Positions 9,487 to 20,218 are shown, counted from the stretch's first letter. The stretch is DNA of 64,000 nucleotides from an uncultured bacterium (GCA_963848965.1 CAWKFG010000004.1:608001-672000), one strand, 5' to 3'. Program-made: numbers and translations. The notes: generated from the sequence alone by a model not told the origin.

Positions 9487-9573
9487 TCATTCAAAGGAAA
9501 TACACAATTTTTTTCCGAGAGCTTGAGCAACCTTATCGAGAGTATTTGCTGTGATTTCGCTTAACTGGAGAAC
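9487..9573 (-). pseudogene. Remnant C-terminus of an HTH antitoxin
   Basis: Startless frame ...EITANTLDKVAQALGKKLCISFE* resembles the ends of XRE antitoxins. Confidence 0.5.
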
Positions 9574-9617
9574 TTATTCATGAAATTGATAGAAATTGTC
9601 CGAACTTCAGAGTACTA

Positions 9618-10226
9618 CTATTGACGTACCCGCTCTCCAGGAGTGTTCTTAAAAAATGAAAGCCATCGTTGAAGGTTACTTTCAACAGCAAGAGCCTTGT
9701 AGTATTGCATAAAACGATCATGCTTGGTAATCCCTTTATGCACATTACAGGCACCCATAGTTGTTAAAAGGCTTCCAACAACTGCTCCTACGAGCGTACA
9801 AAGGCCATTCATATCAGTAAAGCTAAACTTTTTAATTTCAGCTGGTACTGCTGTAGGTGCTTCTTCTCCTTCAACCACTGGTAATGCATTAATAGTTGCA
9901 GGTTGTTGCATATATGGTTTTATATGCTGAGTATACATAACATAAAGAGCAGATAAACCGAGAGCTAACATACTACCACCGTAGAGTAACCGTGCAGAGT
10001 CTTTTATATCAAAGCGAGCACGTAATGCTTCCCATGCTCTATCTGAGCTTTCTTTTGCTTTGGTAATATAGTCATTTTTATTTTCTACTAATTGCGCTAA
10101 TTCAACTGCACCGAGCTTGAGCAATCGTTCTGGCTGATGATAGGCTATAGCTTTTTCTATTTCTCCTGTATTTGCTATAAGAGCATAAGGAGCTGCTATA
10201 AGCAAGAATAATACTAATCTTTTCAT
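9618..10226 (-). CDS. Exported hypothetical protein (paralog family A)
   Basis: Signal peptide; IEKAI..QPERL, NKNDYITKA, two TM-like segments, YYKALAVE. Confidence 0.7.
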   Translation of the reverse strand: MKRLVLFLLIAAPYALIANTGEIEKAIAYHQPERLLKLGAVELAQLVENKNDYITKAKESSDRAWEALRARFDIKDSARLLYGGSMLALGLSALYVMYTQHIKPYMQQPATINALPVVEGEEAPTAVPAEIKKFSFTDMNGLCTLVGAVVGSLLTTMGACNVHKGITKHDRFMQYYKALAVESNLQRWLSFFKNTPGERVRQ

Positions 10227-10329
10227 GAAACCTCCTGCTTTACCTCTTTAATTACATCTCTTTTCTAGTGTACTCATTTTAAAGAGACCAGCAAATGGTT
10301 AGCGATCTTTCTTTTTAGAGAATCTTTTC

Positions 10330-10905
10330 TTATGTTCGTTGGCCAAATTTACCTTCAAAAGCAATTTCTTCAACCTTTTTACGATCTGAAGGCACCTCAC
10401 GCTCACGCAATTTATCAGAAAGTACGCTTGTAGGACCTCGTTTTCCTACCACATACATTGCTTCAACATCATATCCTTCAGGGACACCGAGTTCTACACG
10501 AGCACGATCATAATCAAATCCTTCAAGTCCATGCACTACAAGGCCCATAGCATATCCTTGAAGAGAAAGATTTTCTACAGCAGATCCTGTATCAAAAGAA
10601 TGCGTACGTGAAGTATAGCCATTGTACTCAAAATATCTGTGCGATAGTACTAAAATAAGAGCTGCTGCATTTTTAGCCCACTCTTGATTGGCAGGAACAA
10701 GCAGATTAAAAAATGTTTGCCAATAAGGAGTGTTTCTTAACGCATAAACAAAACGCCATGGTTGATTATTATACGATGATGGAGCCCACCGAGCAGCTTC
10801 AAAGAGCGACATTAATTCTTCATGAGAAATTTCTTCTCCCGACATTGCTCGTGGTGACCATCTATTTATTATAAGATCTAAGACTTTATGATCTGCTTTA
10901 CGCAT
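10330..10905 (-). CDS. Nitroreductase family protein
   Basis: RWSPRAM, AARWAPSSYNNQPWRF, FDTGSA, GFD. Confidence 0.92.
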   Translation of the reverse strand: MRKADHKVLDLIINRWSPRAMSGEEISHEELMSLFEAARWAPSSYNNQPWRFVYALRNTPYWQTFFNLLVPANQEWAKNAAALILVLSHRYFEYNGYTSRTHSFDTGSAVENLSLQGYAMGLVVHGLEGFDYDRARVELGVPEGYDVEAMYVVGKRGPTSVLSDKLREREVPSDRKKVEEIAFEGKFGQRT

Positions 10906-11113
10906 AATTTCCCCACCTTTTCATAATTATAAAGTAGTTATTCTCCCAAGCAGAGTGTGCCACAACAGATAAATATTTAACAAGATTTAACAATAATTTT
11001 TCTAGCTATTACTCTGCTCATAAGCATAAACAAGCTACAAAAATCTTGCATTTTCTTTTTCTCTTCTTGTAGGGTTGAAAAAACATATTTTAACTTTACT
11101 TAAAAGAGATACC

Positions 11114-11995
11114 ATGAAATTTTACAATGCTCTCTTTTTCATTATGTATGTAAGCTCTCTACACTGCGGTATTTTTGATTGGTTTAAAAAGACACCGGAG
11201 AAAATAGAAAGGACTTTTGAAGACTTTAAGAAATCGCAGCTACCCCGTGATTCTGCACCCTTCTCAGAGAAAGTACAAGCACCACCGAGAGTCTCTACAC
11301 AACAAGAAGCTTCACAAGCAAAAAAGCCAGAAGTTTCTGCTCAAACTATGCCTTCAGCACCGAGCTTTGTAAATGTAAGTATTGTAAATACTCAAGATAA
11401 TAGTACACAAGAAACACCTGTAGACCAAATTCCAGAACCAAAACAAGAAGTACTAGAAACTCCTGCTCAAGATATACCAGCTTCACCTCATGTCTCACCA
11501 CAAACATATTCTACAAGCAAACCAGCACAAGCAAAAGTTGAACTTCCAAAAGTAGATCCAGTTTCTAATATGCACTCTCAATACAATTTTAGTAAGCTTA
11601 AAACAATAGGTTGTACTATTGCAACTGTATATGCATGCCTCCAAGGATACTTGTGGTACTTATCTCACACACTTGCCAAAGCTTCAAGTTGGTCTCTCTG
11701 GTGCTTTCATACCTTTCCAGAAGGCGTACGAAGTGTATCGCAAGCAGATATTAAAGCAAAGCTCTCTGAAGCACTTACAGGTACTTCTTCTAATCCCCTT
11801 CAACTGCGATTTGATATAGAAAAGGAAGAAGAACGCTTAAAACGGTATCAAACTCTTGTACAAGTACTACAAAAAATCTATGTAGGAAAATTGTTTTCAT
11901 ATAATGCTGTTCTGCTACAAGAGATACCTCGCAGACTGTATAGATTAGAGAGGCTTAAAAATGCTTATGCTCAAACATATGCAGAATTAGGTTAA
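11114..11995 (+). CDS. Hypothetical exported/membrane protein with P/Q/S/T-rich linker
   Basis: Long ORF; signal-like N-terminus; internal hydrophobic segment. Confidence 0.6.
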   Translation: MKFYNALFFIMYVSSLHCGIFDWFKKTPEKIERTFEDFKKSQLPRDSAPFSEKVQAPPRVSTQQEASQAKKPEVSAQTMPSAPSFVNVSIVNTQDNSTQETPVDQIPEPKQEVLETPAQDIPASPHVSPQTYSTSKPAQAKVELPKVDPVSNMHSQYNFSKLKTIGCTIATVYACLQGYLWYLSHTLAKASSWSLWCFHTFPEGVRSVSQADIKAKLSEALTGTSSNPLQLRFDIEKEEERLKRYQTLVQVLQKIYVGKLFSYNAVLLQEIPRRLYRLERLKNAYAQTYAELG

Positions 11996-12347
11996 CTGCA
12001 TTTTGTATATTAAAATACATAAGCTCTTTCTGGTAAAGAAAAGTACTTCTTATTAACCTAAGATAGTCTATAGAAAACAGTCGAGAAAAAGGCAAAGCCA
12101 AGCACCTCTTGCAAGGTTCTTAGGTCTAGAGCAATCAAATTAGACTTTGACACAAACCAGCCGTCCTGATAGAATATAATTATCATGCATTAAACAATAA
12201 TAGTTTTTATCATAAATTTCTAACGAGCCTTATTCATATGCCACCTCCTGGCATAAGCTATAAGTATTGTAGGCTTATTCATGCATGTAATGGTTATAGT
12301 TATAATTATTTAACCAGCGCATCCTCTGCGCTTACTGGAATTTTACA

Positions 12348-15026
12348 ATGAAAAAATATTTTTTACTTATAAGTATACTCTCCATTGCATGCCACTCTTT
12401 ACTCTTTGGAATGGAAAAAACAGCTCAACGTCAAGAAAAAAAGATATATAATGGAACTGAAGAAGAGTATATTGATAAAGTAGAATCATATCATAAGAGA
12501 CTATCTTTAGATACGTTACAAAGAAGTATTCCCTTATTCAATGCCATTTATGCCCATAATATCAGCTTTTTAGAACAAAGGTTACAAAAAGACTCGATTA
12601 ACAACTTTATACTCATGGACTTTGGTGGTTTTACTCCTTTAATGCTTGCTTGTTTAGCAGGAGATCTTGAAATAGTAGATTTTCTTTTAACACAAGATGC
12701 TGATGTTAATAAACACAACAGTCGTGGTTGGACACCACTAATGTTTGCTGCAAAAAAAGGTGCGACTGCCATAGTAAAACAACTTCTTGAAAAAAAAGCT
12801 TCTCTTAATGTTACAGTAGTAAACTCTGGTTGGACAGCACTAAATCTTGCCGCAAAAAATGGTCATAAAGATATAGTAGAACTACTAGTTGATAATGGCG
12901 CTGACGTTACTTTAAGATCACAGGATAGAAAAAGCGTTTTAGCACTCGCAGTAGTGTATAAACATAAAGATGTAGTAGCTCTACTTCTTAAAAAAAAGGT
13001 ACCTTTAGAAACTAAAGATGAACAATGGAAAAGTCCACTCTTATTAGCTGTAGAAAGTGGTGATGAGGAAATAGTTTCCTTACTACTTGATAATGGTGCT
13101 GCTATCGACAGTGGCTGTCTTATTAATGATAGACCTGGAAATACTGCGTTAATGCTTGCAGTAAGAGCAGGTAATCAAACAATGATCGATTTACTGCTCA
13201 AACGTGGAGCATTTATAAATGATTGTAACTCACAAGGTCAAACGGCTGCTACGTGGGCAGGACTAGCCGGTGACGAAAAAATAGTACAGCAGCTTATAAA
13301 CGTTGGTACTTCAACGGGGGAGATTAAAGCACAAGCTCTTTTAGGAGCAGCTTTTAAAGGACATACAACGTTAGTAAATACATTACTTAAGCAAGGAACT
13401 TCTGCACATACAAAGGCTTCTGTTAATATCAGAGCAATGAGCGAAGATGTTCTTGATAAAGTAGTAAGCTCTCAATCAGACTATAGAGCAGAAGAAAGCG
13501 CTTTAACCCTTGCAGTACATAATGGCCACACAGAAGTAGTAAAATTATTGCTTGATAATGGTGCTGATATCAACTATAAAAATGAGCGCGGCGCTACCGC
13601 ATTAGTAATAGCTATAGAAAAAGAGAATACAGAGCTCGTAACATTCTTATTAAATCATGGTGCATCTCTAACTATATCTGATAATTACAACCAAACTCCT
13701 TTTAGCCTCGTAGGAAAAATAGGTAACGAAGCTATACTATCTCTGCTCCTAGAACGATGTGAAGATAAACAGACAGCTAAAGTACAAGCCCTCTTTGGAG
13801 CCATTACTTCCCATAATATAAAATGTGTAAGGATCTTATTAGCTATGAAAGTAGATGTTAACACCAAGAATCAAGGCAATACTCCTTTAATATATAGCAT
13901 CAAAAGAGGATGTCCTCAAGAATTAGTAGCTTTACTTCTTGCAGCAGGAGCACATGTTAATGATGAAGATAACAATAGCTGTACTGCATTAATACTGGCA
14001 GTAAATAAAGGATACACAGAACTTGTAGAATTATTGCTTAAAAACCGTGCAGATACTAATACTTGCACCAGCAAAGGTGATACTGCTCTCATACTAGCTG
14101 CTCGCAAGCATTATTACGAGATAGTAAAAATGCTTGTTGCTGCAGGTGCAAACGTTAACGCTCAAAATAGTGATGGTAATACAGCCTTTCTAGAGACCTT
14201 AGAACAGTGGAGCAAGATGGATCGCTCTTTTAGCATGCATCCTAAAGCAATAGTTACCTTACTTTTAGCGCATGGAGCAGAAACAGCCACCCCCAAAAAG
14301 AGCGTTCATTCGTTTATAGGCCAGGTCATGAGCAAAAATTGGCATGAAATTATTTCATTTTTTATAGCAAATGACATAAATATAGGTTCTTTTACCATAT
14401 CAAATTGGCCTTCTGTTAAGACTACACAGCGTTTGTCTTCTCTTATGACACCTGAACTTATGTGTGGTATGATACTCGTTAAGTTGGTCTGGGATTACAA
14501 AATACAACATTATTTAGCAGATGCTTCTCGTTACTCTACAAATAAAGAATGGCTAAAAAATCTGGATCTCATGTACCGTAGCCCAAAAGGACAGACTCTT
14601 CTTATGGTAGCATGTATGGTAGGTCATACTGAAATAGTTAAAGGCCTTAAAAGTTACATAAACGAAGGGTATCTTAATGTTGTAGATGACTATGGATACT
14701 CTGCTCTTGATTATGCCATGATTCTTGGTCAAGTAGAATGTGCTACTGCGCTTATAGATACCTATGGTCATGCGCTTAATATAATCAAAACAAAATCTTC
14801 TGAGTTGCTCGATCAAGCTATAAAGAGAGAGAGCTTACAATTAGTTACGGCCCTCTTAAAAGTTGGTGTTAAACCTACTATTGAGCATGTAAAAAGCGCA
14901 GCAGATCAAGGAAAGCTCTTTATTATGTTTAAACTACTTGCAACTTTTTCCAAGGATAATGCTGATTTTGTTAAAAACCTACCTATAAAAAAAACTTTAA
15001 AAGGAGCTTCAGCACTTTTTAATTAA
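12348..15026 (+). CDS. Secreted ankyrin-repeat protein
   Basis: Signal peptide then GME; many GxTPLxxA...LL..GADVN repeats. Confidence 0.92.
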   Translation: MKKYFLLISILSIACHSLLFGMEKTAQRQEKKIYNGTEEEYIDKVESYHKRLSLDTLQRSIPLFNAIYAHNISFLEQRLQKDSINNFILMDFGGFTPLMLACLAGDLEIVDFLLTQDADVNKHNSRGWTPLMFAAKKGATAIVKQLLEKKASLNVTVVNSGWTALNLAAKNGHKDIVELLVDNGADVTLRSQDRKSVLALAVVYKHKDVVALLLKKKVPLETKDEQWKSPLLLAVESGDEEIVSLLLDNGAAIDSGCLINDRPGNTALMLAVRAGNQTMIDLLLKRGAFINDCNSQGQTAATWAGLAGDEKIVQQLINVGTSTGEIKAQALLGAAFKGHTTLVNTLLKQGTSAHTKASVNIRAMSEDVLDKVVSSQSDYRAEESALTLAVHNGHTEVVKLLLDNGADINYKNERGATALVIAIEKENTELVTFLLNHGASLTISDNYNQTPFSLVGKIGNEAILSLLLERCEDKQTAKVQALFGAITSHNIKCVRILLAMKVDVNTKNQGNTPLIYSIKRGCPQELVALLLAAGAHVNDEDNNSCTALILAVNKGYTELVELLLKNRADTNTCTSKGDTALILAARKHYYEIVKMLVAAGANVNAQNSDGNTAFLETLEQWSKMDRSFSMHPKAIVTLLLAHGAETATPKKSVHSFIGQVMSKNWHEIISFFIANDINIGSFTISNWPSVKTTQRLSSLMTPELMCGMILVKLVWDYKIQHYLADASRYSTNKEWLKNLDLMYRSPKGQTLLMVACMVGHTEIVKGLKSYINEGYLNVVDDYGYSALDYAMILGQVECATALIDTYGHALNIIKTKSSELLDQAIKRESLQLVTALLKVGVKPTIEHVKSAADQGKLFIMFKLLATFSKDNADFVKNLPIKKTLKGASALFN

Positions 15027-15154
15027 TAAGAACTCTGCTTCTCAATAACAAAGATACTTTTGTTAGCATTAGCTAAACGATTCCAGTTCAACCGCTTAGG
15101 AATAAAATAGTGTATCTCTGGAATAATAGGACCTGCTATACAAAATGTTTTCAT
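15023..15154 (-). pseudogene. N-terminal remnant of an AAA-like ATPase gene
   Basis: 43-aa frame MKTFCIAGPIIPEIHYFIPKRL resembles the MxxFNxAGPxxPxxHY start of AAA-like ATPases; no Walker A follows. Confidence 0.45.
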
Positions 15155-15285
15155 GGTATTTTTCGCATTTATGACTCTACTATAGCTTTAATATAGCTTA
15201 TAACGAATAACAAAAAACATACAGTAGTTATGCTCGCTTAAGCAAAGACGTCTTAGGACCTTGCATTTATTTTTCCTTACATATG

Positions 15286-16665
15286 CTAATAACAAAGACG
15301 CTTCAAATCACAATCATTAAAGTACACACCTGCGCCAACAAAGCCACTTTTATTATGCTTACTAATAAAGTCTTCTGCACCAAAAGTAAGATATAACGAC
15401 GGAGTTATAAAGAGCCTGTTAAGCCATTTTAAATGAGGGCGAGTATCAGTACCTATACGTCTATTACCTCTGAAATCAAATGCTTCGAACGTTGTAATCC
15501 ATTGCCATTGACTAAGCGGAATGCGCCAATCAATACCAAAACCAACAGAGCTTTCAAAAAGTCCTAAACGTACTGCAAACGAATCATTAAACACTTTACC
15601 AACTTGAAAGTTAACACCTACAGAAGTACGTTTTTCTTTGAGACTCGTTTTGCTTTTACCTGTTTTACAATCGATTGTTGTAGTAATTGTCTTTTTTGCA
15701 AAGCCCTTATCAGAAAGAGCAACTCCTCCTAAAATAAAGGCACTTGGTATAGGATAGAAATACAGGTCAAAATAACCTTTAATACGCGGCTTTGTAGGAC
15801 AATCTAAACCGATGAGTGGCTCTACATAGCTATCTACCGCAAATGACCACTGCGAAATTCTGTTAAGTGAATTACAGACACTCTTTACCGAACACTTTAA
15901 ATCTCGATACATCTCATCTTCGTTAATAAGCTTACCAATAACTCCTTGACCTTGATTTAATTTACGTACTACTTCAGCACCATCTTTGAGCGTAGCATCA
16001 GTACGTTTAATACGTTCATCAAAATGAGTTGTTGTCTTTTTAATAGAATCAAATGTTGATTCAAAGCATGTAACAACACGATCAACACTAGAGCTAAGTT
16101 GCGATTTCATATCTCGTACTGAATCTGCAAAGGGTGCTATATTGCCTTTTAAATGAGCAGCTATATCTCTTACTTCTTGTGCAGTATCTTTTAAAGAAAC
16201 TGCAAGCTCTTGGACACTCTGAGAAACTTTGGCAAAGCTATAAAGAATTTCGTCCATTGACATAAATTGTCGTGCTTGATAAGAAATCGTATCACCCATA
16301 TTCAGCGGCTGCTCAAGAGGATCGCCAGTCACAAGCTCGAGAAACTTAAGGCCAAGCATCCCTTCTTGCCGTACAATTGCATAAGCGTTTTTATACAAAG
16401 TATAGTCACGTAGGATCATGAGTTTTGCCTTTACCGTTTTGCCATCAGGTTCAAGCACTACATCATCTACCCATCCGACTTTTACTCCTGCAATTTTAAC
16501 ATCAGCTTTCTTTGCAAGTCCTGCTACATCTTTAAAAAGAGCATAATAGGGTGCATACTTAGAAGTATCAAATCTAAAAGCGCCCAGTTGGACTGACATA
16601 TACAAAAAAGAGCTGATAGCAGTTACGATAAAGATACCTATTATTGCTTCTGTTTTAAGATTCAA
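15286..16665 (-). CDS. MCE/MlaD-domain protein with coiled coil and C-terminal beta-strand-rich domain
   Basis: N-terminal TM; F.DVAGL...ADVKIAGVKVG.V and GMLGLKFLEL MCE motifs; amphipathic beta-strands at the C-terminus. Confidence 0.85.
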   Translation of the reverse strand: MNLKTEAIIGIFIVTAISSFLYMSVQLGAFRFDTSKYAPYYALFKDVAGLAKKADVKIAGVKVGWVDDVVLEPDGKTVKAKLMILRDYTLYKNAYAIVRQEGMLGLKFLELVTGDPLEQPLNMGDTISYQARQFMSMDEILYSFAKVSQSVQELAVSLKDTAQEVRDIAAHLKGNIAPFADSVRDMKSQLSSSVDRVVTCFESTFDSIKKTTTHFDERIKRTDATLKDGAEVVRKLNQGQGVIGKLINEDEMYRDLKCSVKSVCNSLNRISQWSFAVDSYVEPLIGLDCPTKPRIKGYFDLYFYPIPSAFILGGVALSDKGFAKKTITTTIDCKTGKSKTSLKEKRTSVGVNFQVGKVFNDSFAVRLGLFESSVGFGIDWRIPLSQWQWITTFEAFDFRGNRRIGTDTRPHLKWLNRLFITPSLYLTFGAEDFISKHNKSGFVGAGVYFNDCDLKRLCY

Positions 16666-16675
16666 GATCTATTCC

Positions 16676-17833
16676 TTACAGCCAATAAAGTTTTGAGACT
16701 TTAAATATAATACTTTTTGGTGAAAGATAAGCAGGAGGTTCTGTAACTTCTAAAAGAGCAGCTACTTTTTGTGTAACACCCCCTACCTGAGCATAGGATA
16801 CCACAAAAAATGCAGTTGCTTCAAATTGTGCTCCAAAAAGCGCTCGTATTTCTTGCGGTATATTTGCAAACTTTTTACCATAGAATGGTGCAAGTATTTT
16901 GTCCCATTCAGTTTGCCAGTTCATTGTTGGTTTTAAATCTTTCACAAACTCTTTATTAATTTTAACCTCTTTATTCTCCTTAAATCCAAGAATAGCCTTA
17001 AGGCTATTTGATAAAAGCCATGGATTTAATGTACCAGAACTAGAAGCTGTGGTAAAAAGGTCTGTTACAAAAAGTTGCTGCTTCCCTCTCTGTTGCTGTG
17101 CAGTAGGACGAGTTACAAAAAGCTTATCCTTAAGCGGCGTAAATGATTTTAGCGGTACAAGTTCACTAAAGTCTTCAAGTGGTCGCTTATACTTTCCTTG
17201 TGCTTCTTTAAGAACTTGTCTTATGCTTACTTCCATCTCTTTTTTAATAAGCTCATCAAACACAGTTAATAGATTCTTTGTCTGTCCAGGTTGCTGAGCA
17301 TTTGACTGCTGTCCATTTTGTGGTGGTGCTTGCTGCTGAGCCGCTTGTGCTGCTTGTTGTTTCTGCTTACTTTCAGATTCTAAAAGCGTACTAAGATGCT
17401 CAAGACTTATTTTACCTTGCTCAGAAGAGATATAAAACGATAGAGTACCAGTAATACCCTCCTTCTCTGTAAGCTCAATTGTTTGCCACTTGTTGAGCAC
17501 AGGAAGAATTTGTAAAAGCCACTGCTGCATGGGAGGTGGTTTTTGCCACCCTTCTTTCTTTTGAGCTTCTTCCTTTTGTTGGGCCTGTGCAGGTGCTGCT
17601 TGAGCAGCTTGCTCTTTTTCTTGAGGTGCTCCTTTAGGAACAACAAGACAAATTTTGCTTAATGCTATCTCTAAAGAACTTAAAGCAAGATTCCGCGCTT
17701 GCTCTCGGTCAAGCATAAGACGAGCCTGACGCTGATAACTCATTGCCCGCTGAATAACAGAGGTCACAAGTATTACTGCCATTGAAATAATCATCAATGT
17801 CAGTGGTAATATATACCCTTGGTTTTTTTTCAT
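16676..17833 (-). CDS. gspK: T2SS minor pseudopilin GspK-like
   Basis: G|YILPLTL prepilin site lacking E5; SSEQGKI motif; last pilin of the operon. Confidence 0.65.
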   Translation of the reverse strand: MKKNQGYILPLTLMIISMAVILVTSVIQRAMSYQRQARLMLDREQARNLALSSLEIALSKICLVVPKGAPQEKEQAAQAAPAQAQQKEEAQKKEGWQKPPPMQQWLLQILPVLNKWQTIELTEKEGITGTLSFYISSEQGKISLEHLSTLLESESKQKQQAAQAAQQQAPPQNGQQSNAQQPGQTKNLLTVFDELIKKEMEVSIRQVLKEAQGKYKRPLEDFSELVPLKSFTPLKDKLFVTRPTAQQQRGKQQLFVTDLFTTASSSGTLNPWLLSNSLKAILGFKENKEVKINKEFVKDLKPTMNWQTEWDKILAPFYGKKFANIPQEIRALFGAQFEATAFFVVSYAQVGGVTQKVAALLEVTEPPAYLSPKSIIFKVSKLYWL

Positions 17834-17841
17834 ACTTTACC

Positions 17842-18831
17842 TTATTCTAGAGCATTCGCTGCATTTGCCTGAGCTTGTGGCTGTGATCCATTTTTAAGGA
17901 GCTCTGCTCCTCGCTTTTTCATCCAGTCTTCTAAATCTTTTATAGGACCTCCAGATGCCGGCGTTTGTTGTGGTGCTGGTGGCTTTGGTTTATATTGATC
18001 ATAGGCATAGACTTTAAACACAAATTCAAAGGGATATTCAACAGTACCAGCCGGATTTACACGGCTTCCTCTTATAGTTACATAAGCAGGAATAAGCGAT
18101 TTATACTTTTCCCACACTTCAGACTCTTTCCATTCTTTAAGCGCTGCAGGAGGTGTTTTGCTCTCTGCTGGTTTCTGCTCTTGTTGAGCAGTATCCTTTT
18201 TCTCTTCTGGAGCTTCATACACCGTAAGTTCTACAGAGAAATTTTTTATGCCAGAAGCAATCTCATACGATGGAGAAAACTGCGGGGCTCGTAATGACTT
18301 TACATCAGTACGATCAGCTTCGTACCGATACATTAAACGCAAAGCAGCTGGGTTGTTAGGATCCTTTTCTAAGAGATAAGCAACTCGTCTTACATACGGA
18401 ACAACTACCAATTTGCCATCTTTATCAAGCGTTTGTAAGCCACCAGTTGTAATAAATGTCCAAAAAAGGTCAGTACCTTTTTGTTCTATTATGAGTACAG
18501 AATCTTCAGGAGCCTTTTTTTCTTGTTGAGCACCTTGTGCTGGAGATTGCTGAGTTGCTTGTTGTGCAGCTTGCTGTTTTGCTTGCGCTTGCTTTTTCTT
18601 CATCTCTTTTTCCACATAGGGCTTAAGAGCTTTTTGAGGAGCAAACATACCAGTTACATCTTTTTCAAGCTGGGTATACAATGCCATTAAGGGAACATCA
18701 ACATCCATAATATCGGTTATACGAGCAACTCCACGACGAGTTTGTGATAACATTTGATATAAGCTTATCACCATCAAGGAAGATATAAGCAGAGCAAGCA
18801 TAAGCTCTATAAGCGTAAAACCAGATCTCAT
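17842..18831 (-). CDS. gspJ: T2SS pseudopilin GspJ-like
   Basis: G|FTLIELMLAL; LEKDV; RVAY; gene order. Confidence 0.7.
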   Translation of the reverse strand: MRSGFTLIELMLALLISSLMVISLYQMLSQTRRGVARITDIMDVDVPLMALYTQLEKDVTGMFAPQKALKPYVEKEMKKKQAQAKQQAAQQATQQSPAQGAQQEKKAPEDSVLIIEQKGTDLFWTFITTGGLQTLDKDGKLVVVPYVRRVAYLLEKDPNNPAALRLMYRYEADRTDVKSLRAPQFSPSYEIASGIKNFSVELTVYEAPEEKKDTAQQEQKPAESKTPPAALKEWKESEVWEKYKSLIPAYVTIRGSRVNPAGTVEYPFEFVFKVYAYDQYKPKPPAPQQTPASGGPIKDLEDWMKKRGAELLKNGSQPQAQANAANALE

Positions 18832-19253
18832 GACTCAGTACGCTCCTTTTCCTTTGGATAAAAACGAAACATAGTAAACGTTTCTTTTTGGTCACCAAGT
18901 AGTCCTGGCCACTGTGCTTCTACGTGTTCAATAACAAGATGTGGATACGCTTTAAACTTTTGAGCATCGGTAGGAGCTGCAACTGAATATCGTAAGGTTG
19001 TAACAGGATCCTCAATTTTTCTCTCTTGTATTCCTTCTTTTTCATACAATTTATCGCGATCTGCCTGGACAAACATACTTTTTATATAAGGAATACGGTC
19101 AATAATTCCATGTGCGCCAAAAACAGCACGTGATAGTACCCCTTGAAGGCTTAAAAGAGAGGTCACAGAGATTCCTACAATTAAAATAGCAATCATTGCC
19201 TCCAGTAAGCTTAGGCCCTTCTTATGTACAAAAAATATTTTTATTATATACAT
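18828..19253 (-). CDS. gspI: T2SS pseudopilin GspI-like
   Basis: G|LSLLEAMIAI; gene order. Confidence 0.65.
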   Translation of the reverse strand: MYIIKIFFVHKKGLSLLEAMIAILIVGISVTSLLSLQGVLSRAVFGAHGIIDRIPYIKSMFVQADRDKLYEKEGIQERKIEDPVTTLRYSVAAPTDAQKFKAYPHLVIEHVEAQWPGLLGDQKETFTMFRFYPKEKERTES

Positions 19254-19735
19254 TAGCGTAATCTAAAAACTCCTGTAAAAGGGTTTAAATAGAATTCATA
19301 GTTCCCTGCTCGCTGATTTTGAGCACGCACACGATGATCAATAAGTGTCATAGTTACTTCTTGACTGATACCATCTGGATTTAAAAGAAAGTAGACAGTA
19401 CGTTTCTCGCCAGCGGCAGTAAATTGGCTTTTTCCATTAATGAGTACATCACCTATTTCAACTACATCAGGTATAGCAATAGAGCGCTTAACCTTATTAT
19501 CATTTACTCCCTGTAGCTCAACTTTTTTAGCCATTATATTAAAAAGCACTTTTTGAGACTCTTGGGTCTGTAGGGCCAATTGCGCGCCATCCTGCACTAA
19601 AGCATTAAGGCGCGCAATAAACTGTTCACTTTGTGTCAGTGTTCCTCTGGTAAATCGAGGAATACCCAAGGTCGCCACTATTCCAATGATAAGAATAACG
19701 ATCATTAGCTCAATAAGTGAAAACCCTTGTTTCAC
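19253..19735 (-). CDS. gspH: T2SS pseudopilin GspH-like
   Basis: G|FSLIELMIVI; NPDG; NPFTG at the C-terminus. Confidence 0.72.
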   Translation of the reverse strand: MKQGFSLIELMIVILIIGIVATLGIPRFTRGTLTQSEQFIARLNALVQDGAQLALQTQESQKVLFNIMAKKVELQGVNDNKVKRSIAIPDVVEIGDVLINGKSQFTAAGEKRTVYFLLNPDGISQEVTMTLIDHRVRAQNQRAGNYEFYLNPFTGVFRLR

Positions 19736-19741
19736 TGTGCT

Positions 19742-20191
19742 TTATCCTTCACGTGATACTGGTGAACGGATTTGAGCGTTTCCTGTCGAACCGATAGAGT
19801 AGAGTTCATATGGTGGACGAGTCCCTTTCGGATTCACTTGATATACAAACTCCTGGCTCCAGCCATCTTTAAGATCATTTTCATTTGCAAGTGGTTCGCC
19901 CCATTTTCTTTGGAGTTTTGCATCAGAAGGACCTTCTACAAGCTCTCTGAGTTCGGTAGGATATTGCCCCAAACGTAAGTTATATGATTCTAAAGCACTA
20001 TCGAGTGTAGCAAGTTTTGAATCTGTAGCAGTTGCCTTAGCACGTTGTAAAAATGCAAAGCCTCCAAAAGCAACAGCTGCTAATACACCGATAATTAAAA
20101 TCACAATCATAATTTCAATTAAACTGAAACCATTTTTGTGATTTCTTCTTTTCTGTAAGCGTTCTTGTGAACACGTAAGAGAAATAGCCAT
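19742..20191 (-). CDS. gspG: T2SS major pseudopilin GspG
   Basis: G|FSLIEIMIVI; ALESYNL..GQYP; KDGW..EFVY; YELYSIG. Confidence 0.85.
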   Translation of the reverse strand: MAISLTCSQERLQKRRNHKNGFSLIEIMIVILIIGVLAAVAFGGFAFLQRAKATATDSKLATLDSALESYNLRLGQYPTELRELVEGPSDAKLQRKWGEPLANENDLKDGWSQEFVYQVNPKGTRPPYELYSIGSTGNAQIRSPVSREG

Positions 20192-20218
20192 GAAATTCCT
20201 TTCTTAAATAAATGGTAT

